Positions 25,702 to 42,329 of a stretch of 64,000 bases of DNA are shown here, in pieces. The number at the start of each line of letters is the position of its first letter. Position 1 is the first letter of the stretch. Both the position numbers and the translations under genes were made by a program. The notes beneath the pieces are model-generated. The model saw only the letters and a list, made by a program, of their open reading frames with translations. It was not told where the DNA came from and searched no databases. This stretch comes from Octopus sinensis. Its lineage: Eukaryota. Where the stretch lies: positions 76,446,001-76,510,000 of the forward strand of contig NC_043006.1 of the NCBI RefSeq assembly GCF_006345805.1, in the 5' to 3' direction.

Positions 25702-26149
25702 CAAAGGCGAATGGCCTAGTGGTTGCACACGATATACCTCTTCATTCAACGTTGATTGAGAGATTGTGTTAAAATGCGGCACGAAAATTTGATCACTATA
25801 GTAAAATCATTTGTGCAGGTCGTTGGTAAGAGCTGAAGACTCATAAGTCATCTTCAGATGAATCCGTCGTATAAATAAATCAACACGGGTACACATACGT
25901 AAATAGATATGCACACACTGCGAGTATGTGAGGGTTCGTGGTTTAAAGTTGAGCGTGTTTGACTTTTGCGTCTCTTCTTCCATAGTGAGCAATGTGTTCT
26001 GTACTTTAGTAAAACTACATTTCATGCTGCAGTAAAAGACTACCGTGAGTGATCGATGCTAGATGTAACGAAACAAATGTCGAGATTAATAATAAATTTT
26101 CGTATATTCTATCTTCCGTCTTTCATTTACGATACATATACTACAATAC

Positions 26150-26935
26150 CAAAGAAGGAAATAAGTGAGTAGAAATGATATTTTACATATCTTTAATCCA
26201 GAAACGCGTATATAGTTGATCAAAGCCGGGTGGATTCGTTATTTGTTCTCTTTGCCTGTGTGAGTTTGGAGTGTCTGGGAGATATGTTATGGTAGTGGAA
26301 TAGTATTTAACTGCTATTTCTGAATTTCGGTATGTGGTGAAGCAATTTTGCTGAACCCTAATTATAATTATGCTTATAATTATAAAGTTTTTGTATAAGT
26401 TCACCGATAATGGTTCTTTTAACATACCGAACTACTTGGTAAAATTATTAATTATTAATTTTACCCTATATTATTATTGATAATATAATTCACTCCCTGA
26501 TATTAAACTACTGTTCCTGTGGGATTACTCGTATCACACGTGCGTGATTGGGGGAAGAAAGAGATCTTTCATTCGTCTATATAAATTCGGAAGCATAGGT
26601 TTTTGAATATAAGCTATTCAATGGCGCTTAGTCGAATACATATTTTAATTATTAGTACTCACAAATTTATAATTGAAATATTATACTGAAGACGGAAATA
26701 AGTGAGTAAAAATGGTATTTTACCAATCCCGTTAATCCAGAAACGCGTACGTAGTTGATTAATGCCGGGTGGATTCATTATTTTTTCTCTTTGCCTGCGT
26801 GAGTTGGGAGTGTTGCTGTCTGGGAGATGTCTTATGGTAATGGAATAGTAATTAATTGCTATTTCTAAATTAATTTCGTTATGTAGTGAAGCAATTTTGC
26901 TGAACCTAATTATAATTATGCTTATAATTATAATA
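26150..26935. repeat. Two direct copies (26150-26470, 26690-26935) of an unclassified AT-rich repeat
   Basis: Both share AAATAAGTGAGTA...TAATCCAGAAACGCGTA...GCCGGGTGGATTC...GAAGCAATTTTGCTGAACC(C)TAATTATAATTATGCTTATAATTATA; related to 46143-46400. Confidence 0.8.
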
Positions 26936-27624
26936 TATATATATATATATATGTATGTATGAATGTATGTATGTATGTATGTTTGTATGTATTTATTTAT
27001 GTTTGTATGTGGGTGTGTGCGTGTGCGTGTGAGTGGGTGTGTGTGTTTATATAGGACAGATTTCTCTCGCTTTCTTCGTATCATATCTAGTTACTCGGCT
27101 TTCTTCAGCCCGTGAATATAGTAGAAAACATTTGCCCAAGCTGCTAGGCAGTGAGATTCAAACCTCAAATCATGTGCTTGGGAATCAACCCTCTTATCAC
27201 GCAGCTGTGCCTCTGGCTTCCCTATATTTATCTTCCATTTGTTCTTATCCTTTCCTAACTGTCATTCTGTAGATACGCACGTGTGTGCGTTTCTGTGTGA
27301 TTTCTTGTATATGTGCGTGTCCACATGCATACACCTACATTCACACATATAATTGTCTTTGCACAGACACACAAGCACACACACACACACATTAACAGGC
27401 ACATATACGCACACACATTCACACACGCACCCCAAACAGATATACACCACTAGTATCAGTATACTAAATGAATTGTTGCAACAATGGACTGTAATATATT
27501 TACATTTTAAATCTTGCCCTGGTATTATGAACCGGACACAAATATATATGGAATATAGTTATATGTTAACAAGTTTTTATACATAAACACTCACTTACAT
27601 CACAGCACAGCACACTATACACAC

Positions 27625-27718
<94 letters not shown>

Positions 27719-27744
27719 GCATATATATATATATATATATATGC

Positions 27745-27781
<37 letters not shown>

Positions 27782-27794
27782 TATGCATATGTAT

Positions 27795-27843
<49 letters not shown>

Positions 27844-28389
27844 CACAGAGTGAGAGGGGAAGAGAGCCTGATAGATCGATAGACATATAGATAGATCTAT
27901 ACATATACACATATATATATACGCATGTGTATAAACATAGATTTATATATATGAACACTCGCTTACACACATAGACATTTATTAGCTTGAATTAAAAGTA
28001 AGTTTAGTGTAAGATAGCAGTGTGTGTGAAGAGAAAAAACAAAGAGAGAGAGAATGATTTATTGAAAAGGGACTAGTTAACGGATAAAATTTTGTACTAT
28101 ACATGCATGCTATAAACACGACCATTTTAGTTCAACCTGCGGAAAATATATCACTATTTTGTTTGAGCAAAATTTATGCACCTCTCTGGGCATGTAGCAA
28201 GAAGCATGTATATTTATGTTTAAATAAACATGTAGAAATAACGCAGCGATACTTATATTTTACATAGGCACACTACACAAGCATTCGCAGTAATATATCT
28301 GTGAGAGTGTGTGTGTTTGTGTGTGTGTTTGTGTGTGTCTATGTGTGTGTGTATATATATATGTTTTTACATGCTCCAAAATACTCACA

Positions 28390-29590
28390 TTCACACGCAC
28401 GTACACGGGTGCGCGACATATAGTTGCCCATGATAAAAGCAGGGTAGCTGTAAATTGTGACCCACAATTTTTAAAGTTTGACCCTCGGCTTTGTTGATTG
28501 TCATAGCGAGGCACAATCGTGCTGAGAACTGGAGGCGCTTGAACTGAAATGGCACATTTGAGGGAATGGCAGCCGGCAATAATGGTTGCTTCTATGACAT
28601 GAATTGTTGTAGTTATAATCAATCTTGTACCATTGCATAGTTATAGTGAGTCCGAATTCCTCATGATAGGTGCACCTTTCTTCAGGAACAACTTATGCGG
28701 TGGCAACCCTGTGAGTTAAAAAGAGATGAGAAATTCAACTGGATACTCAACAGCGGCATGAACGTCGATGGTAGTATTAATAGAGGCAAACATTTAAGCG
28801 TCTTCATGTAGAATGTGGAGGAGTTCATGGTTTACTTTATCAGCCCTTTCATTCCGTGGTGCTAAAATTGATCTCTCTGCGAACCATGATATGTTTTTGA
28901 AGTTGTCTTGCAATATGAGAAATACTTATGTAAGCTCGGGAAATATTGACACCATGTGCACACATTGTAGTTCATGCTGACGCAAGGGGTTATTTAACGG
29001 TAAGACGCCATTTCTAATTTGTAGAAGTTGATAAGAAAATACATCAGCTAAGGGGTCATTGTAGAGATGAGCTCCCATATTGTTGCTTAATGAAAGCTGA
29101 TGAACAAACCTCCACAGTGGTGAAGGCTTCAGACACGCATAGATCCCATCAGCTCGCATACCCCGTGATATGACAGGTAATATTTAACGGAAATCCCCTG
29201 CAAGGACAACAGTTAAACTCGCCCCCATAAAGGCAGTATTGTTTCTAATAACCCATGGTGATCTATTTAGGACTTCTAGTGCACACAGTGTGCCATCGTA
29301 CATTGATACCAGGCAATGAGTGTAGTATGGAGCAGAACCTTCGCCGTTAATGATCGTTTTGAAATATTGCACATTTGGGAATCCGTTGAAGTCAAATAGA
29401 AACGTAATTTGAACCTTGAGTGAACTTTCCGCTCACCGGTTAACAAAGTTGCCGCTATCCCTGATGATGCGACTGCAATCGCTCTTTCACATCTGCCTTT
29501 GTTTTGACAGAAATAGGTTAAGTAGAAATGTTTTCCCCGTTCCTTCTGATGCATCAACGAAGAAAAGAAGTCCTTCTCTTTGGAAGGTAG
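28390..29590 (-). pseudogene. Helitron RepHel Pif1-helicase remnant
   Basis: FFVDASEGTGKTF, AIAVASSGIAATLL...VHSRFKL, TVVLAGDFR and PFQFKRLQFSARLCLAMTINKAEGQTLKIVG...CFYHGQLYVA, with stops and frameshifts. Confidence 0.9.
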
Positions 29591-29599
29591 ACACTATGT

Positions 29600-29820
29600 G
29601 TGTGTGTGTATGTGTGTGTTTATGTATTTATGTGTGTGTTTACGATGCTGGTGTGTTTACGACCCCGTAACATAGCGGTTCGGCATAAGAACCTGATAGA
29701 ATAAGTACTAGCGTTGCAAAGAATAAGTTATGGTGTCGATTTGCTCGACTAAAGTCGGTGCTTCAGTATGGCCACCGTCAAATGAGTGAAACAAGTAAAA
29801 TAGTAAAAGAATAAAAATAG
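29600..29820 (+). mobile_element. SINE family 1, 3' half
   Basis: GATGCTGGTGTGTTTACG...GATAGAATAAGTACT...TGAAACAAGTAAAA; abuts the Helitron remnant. Confidence 0.85.
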
Positions 29821-30333
29821 AATATACCTATGTGTGTTTGTGTGTGCGCGCACGTTTGTGTGCGTGAATATATATGCGTGTGTGTGTGTTTGTGTGTGTG
29901 TGTGTCTGTGTGTGCGTGTCTGTATGTGGACGTCCACGCTAAAATCGGTGACATTTAGATATTAACACAGGAAAAAGTAAATTTCTTTGACGAGTGGCGA
30001 CATAGAATTTAGATATAGATCAGTATTGCCACCAGACTAAGTTAATTTCAATCCGCGTAGCGTATATCGCAACTTCAAAATTATATTTTGCTAATGAGCG
30101 CATTGGTTAATCACTTTAATTCCTAATTAACAGCTATTATCACCTTGTATGAACGGTAATGGATGGCATCAAAATCCAATCAAATTAATGAAAAATGAAA
30201 ACTGTTTCCATTAGGTGTCGACGTTTGGCTATTCAAAATTTACTGCATGCAGTTAATAAAGCGTTAAAGCTAAAAGACCGTTCGAAAATAAGAAGATAAT
30301 AAAAAAATAACACTGGCTCAAATTAAAACTTAT

Positions 30334-30397
<64 letters not shown>

Positions 30398-31243
30398 CAC
30401 ACACTGACACATACTTGAGGTAATGTGATGAGTAACAGGTGGTTTTTATTGCTACCAAATCTGTGAGGGAAATGTGTTGATTTAATACAGTTTTAATTGT
30501 ATTGATTTGTTCTAATCCAGCGACGATTGATAGCATTTTAACCCATTTTGTGTAACAGAATATGGAATTAATGCTTTAGTTAAGGACGCTGAGGTGTTGA
30601 CACAAAGGAGTTAGCGTTCAACACGATTCATTGCAATAAAATGGAATACAACTTAAAGTAGTCTTTTCCACGTTACTTGCTTGGTTTCTGATGGGGATGG
30701 TTATGAATAACAACTTTACAATGAATTAATTGTATCGCAGATCTCTGATCATTATGGCGGATATAATAATCAACTCATCACGTATGGTATTTGATGGGGC
30801 AGGCTTCAATCGTAAGACAGCCTACGATTTACAGCACTTTTCTATCAGATTAAAAAAATTAACTGATGCTTGTCATATAACGTTTTGAAATTTCTCGAGC
30901 GTTTGCATATATCAAACAATATGGAGTACATATCTCGGGGATGTGATGACGTTAGCATGAAAGTAAACCGGTATAAAAGGCGCAAGCCAAACACCATGTT
31001 AATACTAAAGACATGGGATTATATAGGTTTCTGTTTCAGTCCCAGGACAGCGAAGACCTGATTCCATAAACCTACGATCAAAATGACTACAGCCCTGATT
31101 AACTGGTCTAATTTCTTGTTTCGCATTAGTCCATTATAATCCATAAAAACATTCACTATTATTAAATACCTCTGCACCTTTTCTTCATTATTTCACTTGC
31201 AGCCATGGAGTTTACATGTGTATATGTTTACTTGCATATATAC

Positions 31244-31288
<45 letters not shown>

Positions 31289-31392
31289 AATTGTTTGCGC
31301 AATGAGATATAAAACCAAGGCTGTATAGATATTAGAGCATTTGTATATATCTCTCCTCTGTCTCTCTGTCTGTCTGTCTCTCTCTGTCTCTG

Positions 31393-31452
<60 letters not shown>

Positions 31453-31903
31453 TAAATATACATCCATATATATGTGTGTATGTATGAATGAATGGATGAA
31501 TGAATATGTATAGATGTGTGTATGAGTATGTGTGTGTCAGTGTGTATGTATGAATGAATGAATGGATATGGGTGTATGTCACTTTGTACATGTATATATA
31601 TATATAAATATCTTTATAAATACCCGCATAAATTGCAATGTATTGGTCGACTGCATAATCAATACCAATGAATATTAGAACGTATTAAACTTCAACTTCA
31701 AATTATATGGTGCCTGAGTAAATGACATGCTATATATTAGAATCCGAATATCAAAATATCTTTCATGCAATATTTTTTTACTTGACAACTGATAGACATT
31801 AACATTTTGTTAATTACGCTGAAGTTCCAATGTAAAATACCGTATACTGATAGGCATCAGTGCGTGATCTACAATAATTCAGTTATTTAAAATTTCTGAA
31901 CAT

Positions 31904-32040
31904 GGGCGTAGGAGTGTCTGTCTGGTAAGAAGCTTGGTTCCCAACCGCATGGTTCCGGGTTCAGTTTCACTGCGCGGCACTTTTGGCAGGTGTCTCCTAC
32001 TATAGCCACGGGCCGGCTAAAGCATTATGAGTGGATTTAT
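31904..32040 (+). mobile_element. SINE family 1, 5' half
   Basis: tRNA-like head and core match 24859-24995. Confidence 0.85.
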
Positions 32041-32047
32041 GAGTATC

Positions 32048-32466
32048 TATATCTTTATTACCCACATTCAGTTAAACACAGAGAGGACAAACAAGGACAG
32101 AGAAACGGATTAAGTCGATTATATCGACCCCAGTGCGTAACTGGTACTTATTTAATCGAGCTTTGAACGGATGAAAGGCAAAGTCGAACTCGGCGGTATT
32201 TGAACTCAGAACGTAGTGGCAGACTAAATACCTATTTCTTTACTACCCACAAGGGGTTAAACACAGAGAGGACAAACAAGGACAGACAAACGGATTAAGT
32301 CAATTACATCGACCCCAGTGTGTAGCTGGTACTTAATTTATCGACCCCGAAAGGATGAAAGGCAAAGTCGGCCTCGGCAGAATTTGAACTCGGAACGTAA
32401 CGGCAGACGAAATACGGCTACGCATTACGCCCGGAGTGCTAACGTTTCTGCCAGCTCGCTGCCTTA
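32048..32466 (-). mobile_element. SINE family 2, head-to-tail dimer
   Basis: One full copy (32230-32466) followed by a 5'-truncated copy (32048-32235); both are reverse complements of 56787-57018. Confidence 0.9.
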
Positions 32467-34513
32467 AAAAAATTGAAACGTCTTTGTTGCAGTAAAAGTC
32501 TCGCAAATGAAAGTATCTTTTATACTGTGTGGGTGGAAACACATCATAGTGGTTGATCAGTGACATCCGGTTATAAAACACGTGTTTCTGCGTGATTATG
32601 CATTATCAATTACAGATAACAAAACAGTGTTTCATGTTCCTCTAAGAGCTGCCGTCCATACACATATTCCAAAAGAAATTATAAATTGCAAGCGTGTATT
32701 AAAGTTTATCAAGTTGGAATTCATTAATCAAATGCATGCTAAACAGCGGTGATTAAACCAATACAGAGTGTATTTATTTTCATCAACATATTTCCATGCA
32801 TATAGACCGCTTCTTTTGATGTCCAACTACCTGTAAATTTTAGTTTAATTTTCTATACTCAAATGATACCATCGAGGTTTTATTATTTGATCTGAGACAG
32901 TGTGATGATAGCAACAATTTTACAGCGTAGAAGACACCTGTTAGCCAATCAGAACACACACAAGGACTGTTAACTGCATTTAAACATTTATTATTTGCGA
33001 CACAGAGTCAAAATTTCCGTCGCTTGAAACTACGACCTGGTCACTAACATTTTTATGTTCAACCCACAATAAAACTTTTCTATCTAATATTAAATATTTT
33101 CAATTATAAAGAATCTTTTCATAGAATGACATCAACAACAATGCTATGTCTAGCCCACGTTGCTGATAATGGAATGTGCGACAGATGGTTTTTATTGCCT
33201 GAAAACAAAATAAGTCAGAGAAAATCTTTTATTGTTTTCCGATTTTAATAATATTATTGATATAAATTCTTGACTTATACAGTTTATTTTGCTCTGTATT
33301 ACTTTTCGCATGTCATTTATAGATATTTCATTATAAATGGAATTATAACTGGACGATATGGTGGCGTATAATCTGTATCACTAGCACAGTTATTTATACA
33401 GAAGACAGCAAGAAGGAAGTATCACCAAAACTTCCAAGTACGTCTGTTATTTGAAATATTGGACAAGTATACTTTGGAAATCAATTGATCAGTCACAGAA
33501 GCTCCGCTTGCCATACATCAACATATTACAGTGCTTCGTCTATACATATCGAAAAATAAAATAATTTATTATAGTAATATGATTTATTGAACTTTAATCA
33601 TCAAAGAAATTACTTCTAAAAGGTATGCATGTTCCCGTACTGGATATATTACACCTATATTAGCAGTAACAGTCACATATAAATAAATTTTACATTTATA
33701 TTTTGAATGTCATTTCATTTTTATTCATAATTTGTTGGAAATTTACAATTCTCAGCCATTATTTTTTATATGAATTTCTTATGGTTGATATGTTTTACAC
33801 ATATATTCATAGATAACTTCACGAGCAGTCGCGGCCGAAAGATTAGAACGATTGTTTTTTAAATTAAAATTGTTATGCCCAAGTAGCAATACAATTGGAT
33901 TCAAATATATATATACAACATATATATTTCGGCATTTAATATTAAAATTCTAAACTTTTGGCTACGACTATATTTATAGGCCTCACTTATGTATATACGC
34001 TTTACGTATGTATACGAGTGTACACATACGTACACATCATAAATATTCCTGCATAGACCTACACACACACGCAAGCATCCTACTAACATATTCTCACATA
34101 TCTATCACCGAAACGATTATAAACAATCGCGTATGATGCAATTGTATAACATTCTGTCTTAACTATGTTCTTCTTCTGAGTTTCATTTGTTATACTTTCT
34201 AATATAACATGCATTACCTCAAACACCGTCAATATCCTATCAATATTTAATGCAGTTTCACGCACATTTTATAAATTATTTTCCTTCTAGACACGTAATC
34301 TAATTCCCTAGATATTTCCTATATATATATAATGCATTGACAAATACAGAGAAGTTAGCAAACCCATTTCCTTCCATGTCCTTAAAATCTACACTTCCTT
34401 TTCCTTCATTTCCAATTTCTTCCATTTTCCATTGTTTTTATGCCGTCACAAGCTTCGGTTTATACACACACATACATACATACACACACACACATGTTTA
34501 TATAAATAAATGA

Positions 34514-34571
<58 letters not shown>

Positions 34572-35123
34572 ATAATCTGAATTATTAATAATGTGTAATG
34601 TGATTTGCAAATCTCCTCTCTGGATATTTTCCACCAAATGTTATTAAAGTGTAGGAATTCTCATATTACTAGATATACATTGTAAAATCTATAAATAAAC
34701 GTAGTGTATAAACAAAACAACGAGTACGAGATGCATTGAAAAGGCTTTATTGCAATTCACTACACCTCTTTCAATGCATGATTAGCAGGTGTTGCAATAT
34801 TGTATTACTACGATTCAATACGACCTGTATACATACCTACGCATCCTCCAGAGACCAGCTTCAAAGTGCATTGACTCCAATCACTCGAGAATGCACGTTT
34901 ATACACCTATAATTGAATCGTATTAACACGATATTGCGTGTAATATATAAGCAAAGTTCAAAAATTAGCAGATGGTTATGGCGTATTAAAACAATTAACA
35001 CCTAGCGTTTCTGCCGCGCTAAACTGCTAACTAGAGGCGAATTTGTAAGTGGTTTTCGTAGTGTATGTGTGGCTGATAATATATACATATTTATATTTAT
35101 CAAGATACATGTATATATATATA

Positions 35124-35164
<41 letters not shown>

Positions 35165-35170
<6 letters not shown>

Positions 35171-35290
35171 CTGGAAGCTTTATGAAAATAAACAAAAGAC
35201 GAAGACAGGTGGAGTACAAACAAACAATTGTATTAGTATGGCGCTCAGGAATATAAATAAAACAAGTCTTTTACGTTTCGAGCCTACGCT

Positions 35291-35293
<3 letters not shown>
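35165..35293 (-). mobile_element. Truncated Penelope pLTR fragment (family A), starting within the hammerhead
   Basis: Reverse complement GGAGCGTAGGCTCGAAACGTAAAAGACTTGTTTTATTTATATTCCTGAGCGCCATACTAATAC... matches 18760-18880; sits between (TA)n tracts. Confidence 0.9.
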
Positions 35294-35356
<63 letters not shown>

Positions 35357-35358
<2 letters not shown>

Positions 35359-36150
35359 TAAATAAATGGAGTTGAACGAAGATGTCGTTAAAATTCTTTT
35401 ACTTTAGACATATGTTTCTAAAACAACATGGTATTATTCCAAAAGAATAAACCGTGTAAAATGCAATCTTCTTATCAGGAAAGAAAGAGACCCTATCTCA
35501 ATAACAAGACATTCTAACAATTACGATGACTGCCTAAATGATAAATAGATCGATATTAAGTATTTTAAAAAACCGTTAGTAGATTCGACGTCAAAGGCAG
35601 ATACTAGGAAGAGAAGGGTTAAAGAAATAATAAGTAGAGAACAAATAAACAGGTATACGTTGGTTGAAAAGATGTTCAACGGCTTAGAAGTAGATTTCTG
35701 TATCGAAGTAAAGTGCAACTTAAACTAACTGTTCAAACTATAAAGCCTGGCGAAATCACTTATATGAGTTGAAGGTATGTTTCTGCCAGTGTTTTTACAT
35801 TTGTAAGATAGCTCTATAAGTGTGTTAACATGGTGATTCTTAGAGAAGAGAATATGGAAGAGTTCAGAGTTGCAAATGTTACAAAATCCCTTGTCCTAAT
35901 CGTAAGGAAATATATAGACATGATGAACCAATCTAACTTAAAATCTTTCTTGTTGTCTTTAAGATGCCAAACCAATTTACTTAGCCCTGTGCTATGGCGT
36001 TTACTGCTATCCCTAAATGATGAATAATGATTTGAAATACTCTTAGATAACTGGGAAGGGGATGCGCCTATGTAGAAGTAGACATCGGTACTGGAAGAAA
36101 TTTTACACTGGTATATAGAATTCTTGAACTTAGAATTATTAGATATCATC
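35357..36150 (-). mobile_element. Penelope-like element family B: GIY-YIG endonuclease remnant plus 3' UTR
   Basis: NSIYQCKISSSTDVYFYIGAS...NHYSSFRDSSKRHSTGLSKLVWHLKD...W, then a frameshifted CNICNSELFHIL...KC; the downstream UTR ends at (TA)n. Confidence 0.8.
35398..35488 (-). ncRNA. Degenerate type I hammerhead (family B)
   Basis: Minus strand CUUUC-CUGAUAA-GAAGAUUGCAU...AUGUUGUUUUA-GAAACAUAUGUC; perfect ACAUAUGU palindrome and GUC triplet, but a G8A change. Confidence 0.6.
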
Positions 36151-36175
36151 ATCTTCATCATCATCATCATCATTA

Positions 36176-36260
<85 letters not shown>

Positions 36261-36261
36261 A

Positions 36262-36349
<88 letters not shown>

Positions 36350-36371
36350 ATCATTATTATAATTATTATTA

Positions 36372-36442
<71 letters not shown>

Positions 36443-37385
36443 TATTACCTTTGCCCAGCTTCTAACGGTGAAGTTGAACTACAGTTTCAGCTGTTCACTA
36501 CCAGTGAACTAAGGTAACACCTCATATTTTTCGAGCACCTTCACGAGTATTCGAGCGGTTCCAAACAGTGCTGATTTCTGCAAGTGCCCCACTCTTATTG
36601 CAGCCCCTATTTGTTCCACTTACTTCTCGAGATTTTTGCTCATTGTTCCAAGGGCTCCGACAGTTATTGGTACTACTGCTACCCGTTTAATCGAATACAT
36701 CTGCTTAACTTCCAAAGCTAACCTGTCATATCTCTCAACATTTCTTTCTTCCTTATCGCATACCTTGCTGTCATCTGAGCATGCTCTCTCTATGATCCAG
36801 CATAGTTTGTTTTCTTTCTTTCTCAATTAAAACTATGTCTGGCTTAATATTCTCAATGTCATTGTCACACTGAATTAAAATGCCATAGGATGTTTGCATT
36901 TCTATTTTCGACAATGCCTTCAGGTTTGTGGCCGTACCAATTTTTTGCTCTGTCAAGTCCATACTTGTTGCAAAGTTTCCAATGGACTAACCTAGCTGTA
37001 TTGTCGTGACGTTTCTTATATTCCTTCTGGGATAGTGGCGTACATTGGTTGGTAATATGCCATACGGTTTCACGGTTTTGCCTCTAGATTCTGCACTTAT
37101 CACTTTCTAATGTGCTCTCTATTCTGTATTTTATGTAGTTTGTTCTCAGTGCTTGCTCTTGGGCAGCACAGATTAGAGCCTCCGTTTCCGATTTGAAATT
37201 AATTTTAGTCATCCACAGTCATCATATTTCTCTGTCCGTCTTATTTTCAACATGCCTATGAAATTCAATATGCTTTCTATTCTTGACCCAACTATTTTCA
37301 GGTTCATTCCTTCTCAATTTATTGTATAGTGCTTTAACTTTGCAATCTTTCATCCTACATAAGCCTGACCTTCTTACTTCTAGTA
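36443..37385 (-). mobile_element. 5'-truncated R4/Dong-type LINE between (TAA)n tracts
   Basis: IKPDIVLIEKE, VVPITVGALGTMSKNLEK and LQKSALFGTARIL; both flanks are (ATT)n. Confidence 0.85.
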
Positions 37386-37415
37386 ATAGCAGTTCTGTGG
37401 CATTTTATTATTATA

Positions 37416-39605
<2,190 letters not shown>

Positions 39606-39620
<15 letters not shown>

Positions 39621-39785
39621 TTTGCGATATATTAGTTCAGCCTTTGCGATATCTTACTTGTTCACCCTTTGCTATATCTTATTCAGCCTTTGCGATATCG
39701 CTTGTTCAGCCTTTGCGATATCGCTTGTTCAGCCTTTACGATATCGCTTGTTCAGCCTTTGCGATATCTTATTATTTGCGATATC

Positions 39786-39790
<5 letters not shown>
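39606..39790 (-). repeat. ~23-bp imperfect tandem repeat at the LINE 5' junction
   Basis: About 7 units of GATATCGCAAAGGCTGAACAAG, interleaved with AATAAG/TAA fragments. Confidence 0.9.
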
Positions 39791-39835
<45 letters not shown>

Positions 39836-39888
39836 ATCATCATGATTCAGTTCATTGCCTGGAATATATATATATATTTACATATACG

Positions 39889-39956
<68 letters not shown>

Positions 39957-40018
39957 GATTTAGATATACATATACATGTACTTATGCATTATATGTGTAT
40001 ATATGCATACATATATGA

Positions 40019-40046
<28 letters not shown>

Positions 40047-40049
<3 letters not shown>

Positions 40050-40200
40050 CGACGGGGCCCTACCTGCTTCCGTCCATCAAATCTACTTTCAAGTCTTCGG
40101 TCGGACTGACGCTATAATATAAGACATTTGAAGTTGCCACGTAGTGGGAGTGAATGTGGAAACATTTGGTTGTGAAGCATGCTCGTTACCACACAGCCAC
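40047..40200 (-). mobile_element. SINE family 1, 5' half (decayed)
   Basis: TTACCACACAGCCACT head (reverse complement) and GCCACGTAGTGGGA core. Confidence 0.7.
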
Positions 40201-40247
<47 letters not shown>

Positions 40248-40263
40248 TATACATATATATATA

Positions 40264-40302
<39 letters not shown>

Positions 40303-41261
40303 ATATATATATGTATGTGTATATATATGTATGTGTATATATATATATATATACATACATATATATATATATGCATATATATATATATATGTATGTACAT
40401 GTATATACACCCACACATGTACACACAGTTAGAAACGCGCGTGCACACACACACGTATATATATATATATATCATCAACTCTTCAGGCCAGTATTCCAGC
40501 TTAATCACATTTGAAATGACGGAAACGAGGAAAAGATTTAAAGAGAAATTTACGTATACATTAGAAATAACAATAAAATTACTACAAGAATTGAAGGATT
40601 AGCGATATTTTATTCACTAAGTGCAGATTCAAGACAATGACACATCTTCTTCGGTGTAGATATTGCGCCATTTCTAAACTCAAATGCTTGAGAAAAAAAT
40701 CACTAACTTTAATATAATTTCATTTAATTTGCCGTAAACTATAAAGTTCAACGAACGCTATGGTACTCAAAACATCATCAGGTTCTCTACAGGAACTGCT
40801 TGTCAATTTAAATATACAAGCTCTTACGTGTCTACAATATCAAAATGACCAAATTATTACACTTCTTTTGTACGAAGTGTGAACTTAAGTTTCTGTCAAA
40901 TCCTCACATCCACACCATATCTTTTAAGACTGTGTATAGCTCTATTCTAAGTGGCACAATTCACTAGATTTGTAAGCAGTCGCTGATAATCTGGCGGTCA
41001 AACAAAAGTAGGATTTTTTTCTTATTCACTTCATATTTGGAACGCTAGACACAATTATAAACCTAATAAATCACTGAACTACTTAAAGAAATTATCGTAT
41101 AAATGTTAACTCGATAAAATTGATATCAGCCAAGAAATGTGATTATTTCAAACATGAATACAGTAAATTCATCTTATTTTTCGCAACTTGTATGACATCT
41201 GTGTGTCTGATGATATTAAAACACTTTTCCTGCCGGGTTTTCCGTATGTTTTAAATTACTA

Positions 41262-41659
41262 CTCTCTTTTAGACTTTAACATGTTTCAGTCATTTGACAG
41301 CGGCCATGCTGGAGCCCCGCCTTTAGCCGAGCAAATAGACCCCAGGACTTATTCCTTATAAGCTTAGTACTTATTCTATCGGTCTCTTTTGCAAACTGCT
41401 AAGTTACGGGAATGTAAACGCACCAGTATCGGTTCTCAAGTGATATTGGGGGACAAACACGGACACACAAACACACACACACATATATATACATATACAT
41501 ATATACGATGTGCTTCTTTCAGTTTCCTTCAACCAAATCACTCACAAGGCTTTGGTTGGCCCGAGGCTATAGTAGAGAACATTTGCCCAAGGTGCCACGC
41601 AGTGGGACTGAACCGGGAACCATATGGTTTGTAAGCAAGCTGCTTACCACACAGCCACC
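41262..41659 (-). mobile_element. SINE family 1, full length
   Basis: Reverse-complement homology to 24859-25268. Confidence 0.92.
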
Positions 41660-42329
41660 ATTTTGTCTTTAATAAAATATATCTATCAACAATATCTATT
41701 CGGGTGCCAGTTCACATTAACAACATATTCCATATAGAAAACTAGGATCTTTATCATATACAACCAAGTATTGGATCAGTTGAATGTTAATATTTTCTAA
41801 TAAATATTGCTTTACTTCAAGGATTTACAAGGTTATTCCATTGATAACCATATAAAAACCTGCTCTAAAAGGCTATAAATTATATTCATCTACAAAATAT
41901 TCATGTAACAGTTAAGAGAGCGAGCTTCTTCATATTTGAAAGACAAATACTCCAGCTTAATTATGAACCACCGATGTGTAGACAACATAACACTTGACGA
42001 AAACTCCATTTCAGATGGACAATATCCAAGAGCTACAGTACAGTACCTTAAAAAGTATCATGTTTATGGCTAATTCCATCCACTAGAGTACCTAAGTCAC
42101 AATAGGTAACACATACAAAACTTCCCAATATTAGGCTCTCCGCCATAGAAATAAAACTCTCGCTACAAATAAACACAAATAACAAAATACAGCTTCACTT
42201 TCCTCATTATGCAAGAGCAATGGTCATCAAATGCTTGTTCCGCTTCTAAATCAGAGAAGTGTATAAATGAATATCCGCTAAGTGTAGTGACTACGAATAA
42301 TGAAAATTGTATCGCACTTATTCCATTGA

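Noticed and set aside
25950-26110. GAAACAAATGTC plus downstream sequence resembling the family-B hammerhead 3' half
   Set aside because: No recognisable CUGANGA core upstream; too degenerate to call.
40785-40800. CTGATGA on the minus strand (also plus-strand hits near 41207, 63348 and 63806)
   Set aside because: No stem II closing onto GAAA and no stem I; chance heptamers.
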